A stretch of DNA of 62,523 bases, counting the filler, from Chiloscyllium plagiosum (taxonomy: Eukaryota): the NCBI RefSeq assembly GCF_004010195.1. It is 4 parts of one record of this genome, joined end to end, with 100 filler letters (N's around TTAATTAATTAA, not from the genome) between each part and the next. Parts side by side here need not be neighbours in the genome. Positions count along the whole stretch, not along the records: positions 44,977 to 62,523 come from NC_057711.1; 3 more parts are not named here. One strand, 5' to 3'. Below the pieces are notes generated by a model, which made no database searches, was not told the origin of the DNA, and saw only the letters and a list, made by a program, of their open reading frames with translations. This document shows positions 52,466 to 62,523 of this stretch, piece after piece (within the stretch, counting starts at the first letter, position 1; each line of letters opens with the position of its first letter). The position numbers and the translations under genes are program-made.

Positions 52466-52721
52466 ACTCCCCACTTGTCTCGATGGATGTAGCTCTAACA
52501 ACACTCAAGAAGCTTGATGCTATCTAGGACAAGGCAGTCCGCGTCCACTCCATCCACCACTGATGCTCAGTATCAGCAGTGTGTACTAGCTACAAGATGC
52601 ACTGCAGAAATTCACCAAGGCTTCTGAGAAAACACCTTCTTAACCACAATCACTACCGTCACAAAGGACAGGGCAGTAGAATATCACTTTCTGCAAGTTC
52701 CTCTCCAAATTACCCAACACA

Positions 52722-53310
52722 GACAATAGACAATAGGTGCAGGAGTAGGCCATTCTGCCCTCTGAGCCTGCACCACCATTCAATATGATCATGGCTGATC
52801 ATCCTTAATCAGTATCCTGTTCCTGCCTTATCTCCATAACCCTTGATTCCACTATCCTTGAGAGCTCTATCCAACTCTTTCTTAAATGAATCCAGAGACT
52901 GGGCCTCCACTGCCCTCTGGGGCAGAGCATTCCACACAGCCACCACTCTCTGGGTGAAGATGTTTCTCATCTCTGTCCTAAAAGGTCTACCCCGTATTTT
53001 TAAGCTGTGTCCTCTGGTTCGGCACTCACCCATCAGCGGAAACATGTTTCCTGCCTCCAGAGTGTCCAATCCTTTAATAATCTAATATGTCAAAATCAGA
53101 TCCCCTCTCAGTCTTCGAAACTCAAGGGTATACAAGCCCAGACGCTTCAGTCTTTCAGCATAAGGTAGGCCTGCCATTCCAGGAATTGACCTCGTGAACC
53201 TACGCTGCACTCCCTCAACAGCCAGAATGTCTTTCCTCAAATTTGGAGACCAGAACTGCACACAGTACCCCAGGTGTGGTCTCACCAGGGCCCTGTACAG
53301 CTGCAGAAAT
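52722..53310 (-). mobile_element. CR1 3' fragment, same subfamily as 8517-10602
   Basis: Near-identical 3' end and RT C-terminus. Confidence 0.93.
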
Positions 53311-54754
53311 ATATCACCATTCCTGTCGCTGGGTGCAAATCCTAGAATTTCTTCCCAAAGGGCATTGTGGGTCTACCCACAGCACATGGACTGCAGCGGT
53401 TCAAGAAGGCAGCTCACCCCCACCTTCTCAAGGGGCAACTAGGGACGGGGCAATAAATGCTGGTCCAGCCAACAATGCCCATCTAACCTGTCCTTCTCAG
53501 GAATCAGTTAATGTCTAGAAAGATGTGCTTTTTTGTACAAATGGAATGAGTAGTTCCCTGATGCTTTCCCTGGTTTGTGCATTGCCATAATGATTTGATT
53601 TAATTTGATTTATAATTGTCACATGTACTGAGATACAGTGAAAAGTATTGTTTTGCATGCTTCTAGGCTGCCCACTAATCAACATCCTTTCTGTATACAT
53701 TATAATGGATGCTTCCTTGGAAATTTTGGCATTCTTGCACCTGACCTGAGGAGGTCAAGATGAGAAGCTTAGACTCCAGCTCTTTCTTTTAACCAATATT
53801 CAAGTTCTGTCCTACCAAAGTCCCCTCGCATCAAAACCACAACTATTTACAATTACCTCGCAACTTCAACCACAGTAAAATGGTGTTTTGCAGCAGAAAT
53901 CTCCGAGCTGATTTTTAGAGGAATGAGAGCTCTGACTGTCAATGCTGCAAGGGTTTTCTTTCTCCTCCCCAGAGAGAGGAAAGTTTTAATTCATTGGACA
54001 TAATCTGAGAGCAGTGAGTTGCTTATTTCAGACAGAGGCAAGGAAAATGGCCCGAGGCCATTGAGTCAGTCACTTCTCTTCGAGGCTGGGATCAATTGAC
54101 TTTTAGATTCTGAAGGAATCAAAGGATATAAAGATCAGGCATGAGGATGAAACAGGGTTCAAGGATCAGCCTTAGTAAACAATGGCTTAGGCTGTGCGGT
54201 CTATAACCGTCCCTGTCCTATATGCGCTTACAAGAAGTTTTTAGATAACCTGAAGTTTGGTCAAAGTGGATTTAAGTAGGACCTTAACAGAGGAGACAGA
54301 GATGTGTGTTTGCAGAGCTTAGGGTCTGGAAACCTCGAGTTGAGGGTGTGTGTGTGTGTGTGTTGTAGGGGGTGGTGGCAAGTGGACAGTGGGAAATGCT
54401 AAAAGGACCAAATTGGACAATGACAAATATTAAAAGTAAGGGTACAGTTGGCATCAGACCATAGGGCTGCTCTCTCATCAGAGAGAGAGAGAGAGAGAGC
54501 CGACTGGTGGTGGTTTAACTTGAGGGGGTCACCATACCTCAGGTGAGGGGAGAGGTTGAGAAGGAGAGTTGTACAGCACAGAAACAGACCCTTCAGTTCA
54601 ACTTGTCCATGCTGACCAGATATCCAAAATTAATCTAGTCCCATTTGCCAGCATTTGGCCCATATTCCTCTAAACCTTTCCTATTCAACCAGAGCCCGTG
54701 ATGGGAATTGAACCAGTTGGCATCACACTGTATCAAAACCCAGTCATCCACCGA

Positions 54755-56075
54755 ACTGAACATAGAATATAGAACATTACAGCGCAGTACAGGCCCTTCG
54801 ATCCACGATTTTGCACTGACCTGAAGCCCATCTAATCTACACTATTTCATTATCATCCATATGTTTATCCAATGTCCATTTAAATGCCCTTAATGTTGGC
54901 GAGTCCACGGCTGTTGGAGGCAGTGCATTCTACACCCCTACTACTCTCTGAGTAAAGAACCTACCTCTCACCTCTGTCCTATATCTATCATCCCTCAGTT
55001 TAAAGCTATGTCCCCTTGTGTTAGCCATCACCATTCAAGGTAAAAGGCTCTCACTGTCCACCCTGTCAAATCCTCTTAACCTTCCTAATGAAAACAGCCT
55101 CAAGTCCCTCAGCCTTTGCTCACAAAACCTTCTCTCCATATCAAGCAACATCCTGGTAAATCTCCTCTGCATCCTTTCCAGTGTTTCCACATCCTTCCTA
55201 TAATGTGGCAACCAGAACTGTACACAATACTCCAAATGTGGCCACACCAGAGTTTTGCACAGCTACAGCACAACCTCATGGCTCCGAAACTCAATCCCTC
55301 TACCAATAAAACCTAACAGACTGTACGCCTTCTTAACATCCCTATCAATCTAGGTGGCAACTTTCAGGGATCCATGAACATGGACACCGAGATCTCTCTG
55401 CTCATCTACATTACCAAAAATCTTACCATTAGCCCAGTATTCCTGTTACTCCTTCCAAAGTGAATCAACTCTCACTTTTTCGCATTAAACTCCATTTGTC
55501 ACCTCTCAGCCCAGCTCTACAGCTTATCTTTGTCCCTCTGTAACCTACAACATTCCTCCACACTGTCCACAACTCCACCAACTTTCGTGTCATTCACAAA
55601 TTGACTAACCCATCCTTCTACACTCGCATCCAGGTCATTTATAAAAATGACAAACAGCAGTGGACCCAAATGGGCGGCACGGTGGCACAGTGGTTAGCAC
55701 TGCTGCCTCACAGCGCCAGAGACCCGGGTTCAGTTCCCGCCTCAGGCGATTGACTGTGTGGAGTTTGCACATTCTCCCCGTGTCTGCGTGGGTTTCCTCC
55801 GGGTGCTCCGGTTTCCTTCCACAGTCCAAAAAGATGTGCAGGTCAGGTGAATTGGCCATGCTAAATTGCCCGTAGTGTTAGGTAAGGGGTAAATGTAGGG
55901 GTATGGGTGGGTTGCGCTTCGGCGGGTCGGTGTGGACTTGTTGGGCTGAAGGGCCTGTTTCCATACTGTAAGTAATCTAATCTAATCTAATCAGATCCTT
56001 GCAGTACACCACTAGTAACTGAACTCCAGGATGAATATTTCCCATAAATCACCATCCTCTGTCTTCTTACAGCTA
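54755..56075 (-). mobile_element. CR1 RT fragment with 3' end
   Basis: PHLEYCVQFWLP..; same subfamily as 37236-38289. Confidence 0.9.
55672..55992 (+). mobile_element. full-length HE1-like V-SINE nested in CR1
   Basis: TGGCACAGTGG A-box, GGTTCAGTTCC B-box-like motif and (TCTAA)n tail. Confidence 0.93.
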
Positions 56076-56869
56076 GTCACTATGTTCCACAGGAAGGGTT
56101 GAGATGATGGAGTGGGAGGTTTACTGAAACTATCTGACCCAATAACCTATTCAGTAAAGATATATGGTGGTACCCCCATTTTTAACAGAGATGACCAAAT
56201 ATGTCCTTTCTCTCAGAGGTTTGTGGCTCTTGGAAATTCTCTTCCTCAAAAGGCAGTGGATGCAGAACCTTTCAAAATTCTTAAGGCAGAGGGAGATAGA
56301 TTCTTGATGGCAGAGGGAGTGAAAGATTATCGGGGATATACAGGAACGTGGAGTTGAGAATAAAATCAGATCATCCATGATCTTATTGAACAGAGATGCA
56401 CACTTGATGGGCCAAGTGGTCTACTCTTCTACCTTGTTTGGATGTATGTTCACAGGGGATGGACTCGTCATGTAGGTCATGCTTGCAATGGTGTGGTGAT
56501 TTGAAATTTCTACCAGAGGCCAACAATTCCCTTAGAGCTTTGTCAGAATTCAGCAGAAATGTCTTTTTTGCATTAAAGTTCTGGTGACGCAGTACTAGAA
56601 TCCTTAAGGAAAGCCCCACAATATCTGGTGATGGTAGTGATTGAATACCTATCACTTGCAGCCTTCTCTCTCTCCTCTCTCTTATTACCCAAAACACAGA
56701 ACCACGTCACATTCATTACCTTTACTCTTTTCATGGGATGTGGGCATTGCTGGTAAGGCTTTTATTTGTTAGCCATTCCACCTGCCCATCAAATACGGAG
56801 GCTTGCTAGGGATGTTTCACACTGCCATTAAGACCTAATCACATTGCCATGGGTCTGGGGTCACATGTA

Positions 56870-57239
56870 ACCTCTTCCAAGGATGCCTACCTTGAAGAAG
56901 TTCTCCTCCTCTCTCTACAAAGGTCTCAGTGAGTCGCGTTCTCACTGTACTCCCCAAGTCCTCTGCCCTGAAGCCCTTCAGCCATATACTCAAGCAGCCC
57001 TCACCTTCATCCACTTATCACTTTCCTGGCTTCCTCTCCACAACCCCACCACCACCCCCCGACACCCCCCTTCCCCTCCCATTTATCTCTCAGCCCTGAC
57101 CCACAAGCCTCATTCCTGATGAAGGGCTTATGCCCAAAACATCGATTCTCCTGCTCCTTGGATGCTGCCTGGCCGGCTGTGCTTTTTCAGCACCATACTC
57201 TCGACTCTGATCTTCAGCATCTGCAGTCCTCACTTTCTC
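56870..57239 (+). mobile_element. PLE fragment with a hammerhead (57111-57147, GAAA mutated to AAAA) and a 15-bp TSD, inserted in a Deu-type SINE remnant
   Basis: ctgg(g/a)gtcacatgta at 56855-56869 and 57240-57254; CTGATGA-A-GGGC-TTAT-GCCC-AAAA-C-ATC. Confidence 0.78.
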
Positions 57240-57564
57240 CTGGAGTCACATGTAGGCCAGACTGAGTAAGGATGGCAGATTTCCTTTCCTGAAGGACATT
57301 AGTGAGGCAGGTGGGTTTCTATGACGTTTCGTCTGACCTTGACGTGAGACAAGCAGTGAGGTGGGGGGATAAACGGAGAAAGAGGAGAAAGGAAAGGAAA
57401 GGGAAACAAGGGGAGAAAAGGAGGGGCAGAGACAAGGGGAGATGAGAGAAAATGAGGAGAGAGATGGGGGGAAGGAGTAGGGGTGAAGAAAAAACTAAGA
57501 AAATAAGGCAAAACTGAGTCTCAATTAACACCAGTTCCTAAAATCTATTGTGAAACACATTGAA

Positions 57565-58150
57565 AGATTACTTACATTTTGGAAACAGGCCCTTCGGCCC
57601 AACAAACCCACACCGACCCTCCGAAGAGCAACCCACCCAGATCCATTCCCCTACATTTACCCCTTCACCTAACACTACGGGCAATTTAGCGTGGCCAATT
57701 CACCTGACCTGCACATTTTTGGACTGTGGGAGGAAACCAGAGCACCCGGAGGAAACCCACGCAGACACAGGGAGAATGTGCAAACTCCACACAGACAGGT
57801 GCCTGAGGCGGGAATTGAACCCTGGTGTCTGGCACTGTGAGGCAGCAGTGCTAACCACTGTGCCACCCATAAGAAATTTTTTTTTTTCTTGTGGAAACAG
57901 GTCCTTCGGCCCAACAAGTCCACACCGACCCTCTGAAGAGTAACCCACCCAGACCCATTTCCCTCTGACTATTGCAACTAACACTATGGGCAATTTACCT
58001 GACCTGCACATTTTTGTGACTGTGGGAGGAAACCCACGCAGACACGGGGAGAATGTGCAAACTCCACACAAACAGTCACCTGAGGCTGGAATTGAACCTG
58101 GGACCCTTTTGCTGTGAGGCTGCAGTGCTAACCACTGAGCCACCATGCCA
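57565..58150 (-). mobile_element. two tandem V-SINEs (57565-57868, 57888-58150)
   Basis: Two complete head, core and tail sets separated by a T-run. Confidence 0.9.
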
Positions 58151-59084
58151 TCCTATATCTAATTGATCAGTAAACAGTGTGATACCTACTCTTTATTGTC
58201 TGTTACTGGAACCGTTAGAGACTGACATCTGATATATATCAAATAAAATACCCATCAAACATTTCTGAACATAAACAAGAGGCTGCAGAGTGCGCAAAGC
58301 CTTACACTTTAGGATAATAATAACATCTGCTGGGTTTTTGCTGGCTGTTTGCACATGTCCCTCCAGATGTGCTGAAAGTCCAGTTGCTGAGATGACACCT
58401 TCACTCATCCTGCTCAACGTGCTCCTGAGGAGGTGAATTGGAAGAGATTTATTGCAGGAAGCAGGCTGTGATTATGTTGTGTGTTTGTGTGTGTGAGACT
58501 GAGAGACTTACGTGGTAACCATTGCACCAGAGGGCTTAATCTTCTCAAAGCTGCATAATAGAGTGATTACAAAGAGACAACATACATCCAGCAGAAACGT
58601 TGTGACATGTTCCAGCATCTCTTCTTCCTCACTGTGATTCGAATAGAATCACCCAACCACTTCTGCACCACAAGCAGCATTTCTAACCAGGCATTCCCAC
58701 AGGGACATGATCAAACATCAAGGTATGGTCTAAGAGATTCTCAGGGAGTGAGAGAAAGAGGTTTTTTTGGTCATCTAAGCAGTGATTGATAACGACATGG
58801 GGTCCATCTCTAATGAGGGCGGTGGAAGCAGTCAAGGTTTCCAAAGGGGAAATGGATGGGCACTTGAGGTAAATAAAGTAGCAGGGAATGGTGTGAGGGA
58901 GTGGGACCACCCTGATTACACTGCAGAAACTCAATGGGCAGAATGGTCTCTTCTGTGCCGTAAATGGTGACTACTATAAGGAGGCAGTGGCATAGTGGGT
59001 ATTCTTAATGTATTTGCCCAGATTAATGTTCCAAGAGAGGTATTAATCCCATCTCAGTACTTGGTGAACAATAAGTTCAGTAGA

Positions 59085-59432
59085 TGTTGATGTAGATTTT
59101 GGGAAGATGTTTCCATTAGTAGGAGAGACGAGGACCTGAGGGCATAGAGTAAAGGGAAGACCTTATAGAATGGAGATAAAGAGGAATATCTTCAGCCAGA
59201 CAGTGGTGAGTCTATGGAATTCATTGCCAGCGAAGGCTGTGGAGGCCAGGTCATTGAGTATATTCAAGACAGAGATAGATAGGTTCTTGAATATCAAGGG
59301 GATCAAGGGTTACGGGGACAAACTGAGAGAATGGGGTCGAGAAACATGTCAGCGATTTAATGGTGGAGCAGACCTGATGGGCTGAATAGCCTAATTTCTG
59401 CTCTTACGTCTTATGGTCTTATGGTCTTATTA
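59085..59432 (+). mobile_element. CR1 3' fragment
   Basis: EIKRNIFSQTVVSLWNSLP..FKTEIDRFL; (cttatggt)n tail. Confidence 0.85.
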
Positions 59433-59814
59433 CATACATCTTGGATTGGAAGTTAGTCCCAGCAATGGCAACTACCAACAATTATAGTCAAAGTTATAGT
59501 TCACTAATGTCCTTCAGGGAAGGAAACTTCAATCCTTACCTGGTCTGGACTGCATGTGACTCAAGACCTATAGAAACATGGCTGCCTCTTACCCACTGAC
59601 CTCCAAAAAAGGCCTGAGTAAACCACTCAGTTCAAGGGCTGAGAATGCTGACCACATTCAGTGAATGAAAAGATTATCTTCAAAGAATACATCACAAGAT
59701 CATATCTTTATTTTTTTCATTTGATCATGGAATATGGGTTTTTCTGCAGGGCAGTTAAGAGTCAGCTGCACTGTTGTGGGCCTAGTGCCACTAAAATGAA
59801 ATCTTGTTAGAAAT

Positions 59815-60330
59815 TTCAGTTTGACTGACAAACAAGGATGTTAAAGCCCTGGAGAGAGTTCAAAGGAGATTTACTAGAATGGAAACAGGAATGAATGATT
59901 TTAGATATCAGGAAAGATTAGAGAGATTGGGCTTATTCTCCACTGAGCTGAGAAAACTAAGAGAGGACCTCATTAGGATGTTCAAAACTATTAACAATTT
60001 TGACAGGTTAAAAAAAAGAATATTCTGTTTCAACTAGTTGGTATGTCAGTAACTAGGGGTTACAAAATCAAAACTGTCATCAAGACAGCCAGGAGTGAGA
60101 AGAAAAACTCAGAGAGTTGTTACGATTTGGAATGTGCTGCCTGGGAGAGTGGTGGAGGTAGATTCTAGAGGAGGTTGCACGAGAGAGCTGAACAGATATT
60201 TGGAAGTGATGAATTTAGAGGGCTGTGGGGTCAGGGCTGGAGAATGAGACTAGCTGCATAGCTCTTTTGGGAGCTGGTACAGGCATGATGGATCAAATGG
60301 GCTCCACTCCTGTAAAATTCCATGGTTCTA
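59815..60330 (+). mobile_element. old CR1 3' fragment
   Basis: ALERVQRRFTRM..ERLERLGLFS..LREDLI. Confidence 0.8.
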
Positions 60331-61485
60331 TCAATGTCAATAATTAGTAGATATTAAAACCATTTAAAGCTGAAGATTCATATGTGGAGTTAACCCATGA
60401 ACGATACCATCACAGTTCGCAGGAAAAGTCAGAGATACACTTTGCAATTAGAACACACCCAGACGCAATGTGAGATCACATAGATTTACTCTTCATTAAG
60501 TTAATGGCATAATCAGTTAATGGAAGACCTTGGAAAGAAACATGGTAATGTCATAACTAGACATTAATGTAACACGTTAATTACATATGAAATACTGGAA
60601 CCATCCAGTATAAGAGATGGCAAAGATCCTTATTACATAAGAACAATTGGAAACCAGGAGAAAACAACGCTCAGGAAGACCAATATCTTTACTGATAAAC
60701 CATTAACAAAGGATTGTTTTGAGAGTGAAAAAATAAGGGAGAGTTGGAAGGAATATCCTATGTATAAATATTGTACAAAGCATCGCAAATAAATTAACTA
60801 GATAAAAGTGCACATTTCCCACCATTTAAGAACTAATGATATTGCATCTTACAAAAGTGGGTGGAATCTAGACAGACAGTTAACACCCATATTTACAAAA
60901 CAGGACTAATCTAAATAATACAAAAATAAGACCCTGACACTTATATTTTAGGGATATTAGTGACCCTCAGTTATATCTCAAAAGCTATTTTCTCCCACCA
61001 AGAGAAGTTACCTTGTTGGCTTGGGCTATAAATGTTAATGGATGGTCGATAGTTAGATGTTCTATTCTCAGCTATTTTTGGATATTCCTAGATGTTCGTG
61101 CATATTATTGAATAATTAGAAATAACATCAAACTAGGTTCTATTGGATTTGGAACTAAATCTTCTGAGTGCTTTTAGAACAATAGTACATTCACATAAAG
61201 TATGTAGTTTGTTAATTTCTGTTAATACAATTGTACAATAGGGAAATCATCTCATTTAAGATGTTTTATGTTACAACTGAGAGTAACCTAACTTTCTATG
61301 TACACCTAATGTAGGAGAATGTATATTCTGGAGACTGGAATCTTAGGCTGTTCAGATATCAGGGACATTTGTTAAGATTTGTTAGAATTAATCAGGCTGT
61401 TTGAAGGAAGGTAGCATTCTGCAGCATCTCCTCCTCTTGTGGGAACATTATGGGAATCCTACAGACCCTGGGTCGAAGCATTTAT

Positions 61486-61870
61486 GAAACAAAAACAGAA
61501 ATTGCTGGAAAAGTTCAGCAGGTCTGGCAGCATCTGTGGAAAGAACACTGTGCTGTGAAGAAGGGAGCCATGAGGTGGAGGTACTGGTGTTGGACTAGGG
61601 TGGACAAGGTCAGAGGTCACACCACACCAGGTTATAATCTGACAGGTTTATTGGAAATCGCTTGCTTTTCGGAGCGCTGCTCCTTCATCTTGACAAAGGG
61701 CTATGCTCTGAACGCATGTGATTTCAATAAACCAATGCCATTGAACTGTAACTTGGTGTCATGTGACCACTGTTTCTGGAGAAGGCTAACTGGAACCGAA
61801 CCTGATTTCTCTTTACAGGTGCTGCCAGGCCTGCTGAGGTTTTTCGGCAATTTCTGTGTTGTTTTTGAAA
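61486..61870. mobile_element. palindromic PLE pair with a second palindromic PLE pair nested inside (~61581-61770)
   Basis: Outer arms 61486-61545 and 61795-61870 are inverted; the inner part matches the 26611 family, with minus-strand GATGA-A-GGAGC-AGC-GCTCC-GAAA. Confidence 0.65.
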
Positions 61871-62382
61871 TACCATTAGAAACCTGGATAAACTTGCACT
61901 CATAAAGACAGAGAAATGAAATAGATTAGGTAAGGCCAGCAGATTTCTTTCTCTAAAGGACATGAGTGAACCAGGTACGTTTTTACAACAGTTTCTACCA
62001 TTAAGCAAGTTTTTTGAGACAGTTTTCATAGAATTCAGATTTCATCAACTGCCATGTCCCCTGAATGTTTACCTGGGCCTCTGGAATTCCAGGCGAGTGA
62101 CATTACCACTGTATCACCACCATCACCTCTCCCTCTGTGATGTCCACTTTTAACGTAGGGCATGTATAAAAACAATGGCTTTCAATAGCATGTCCAAGCA
62201 TTCAAAAGATTTTGGAAAAGCAAAAGATGCTTCCTTGTGTCTGTTGAGTTCATTATTCAAACTATTACCTTTTGAATAATTACTTTTGCCACTCACCAGC
62301 AGGTAGCACAGCTTCAGCTTCCATTGTGAACGTGACTGCTTGCCTTTCTTTATCAATGACCTTTGGGATCAGGTAAGAACCA

Positions 62383-62523
62383 GACACACACACTCACACA
62401 CACACTCACACTCACACACACACACTCACACGCACTCACACACTCACACACACTCACGCACACTCACGCACACATACGCACACATACACACACTCACACT
62501 CACACACACACACACACTCACAC
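62383..62523. repeat. (CA)n-type microsatellite
   Basis: Seen directly. Confidence 0.97.

Noticed and set aside
55672..55745. tRNA gene
   Set aside because: This is the tRNA-derived head of a SINE, continuous with the V-domain and LINE-like tail; the same applies to the other copies.
1..62523. Terminal inverted repeats formed by (GT)n at the start and (CA)n at the end
   Set aside because: Ordinary microsatellites where contigs break, on segments separated by artificial linkers.

Overview
This is vertebrate nuclear DNA, almost certainly from a shark or related cartilaginous fish. The evidence is HE1-type V-SINEs, abundant CR1 LINEs, Deu-domain-like SINE remnants and a 33-bp satellite; the exact species cannot be read from the sequence. 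The window is four segments (1-10602, 10703-21873, 21974-44876, 44977-62523) joined by an artificial 44N-TTAATTAATTAA-44N linker, so linkage between segments is unproven. It is mostly repeats: CR1 fragments (one with its 5' end and ORF1), tRNA-derived SINEs, RTE and Rex1/Babar remnants, a 5.8-kb satellite and minisatellites. The main signal not explained by the ORF track is about a dozen short Penelope-like (PLE) terminal fragments from at least three families. Many carry a minimal hammerhead-ribozyme core (CUGANGA-A-stem II-GAAA-CG-UC) with covarying stems, some form head-to-head palindromes, and several are flanked by 13-17 bp target-site duplications (80 bp in one case). Other notable items are an intronless, decayed obscurin-like Ig fragment inside an inverted duplication, and the candidate 5' exons of an unidentified minus-strand gene (34690-31575). 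No complete host gene could be named. Repeat boundaries are approximate, read by eye.
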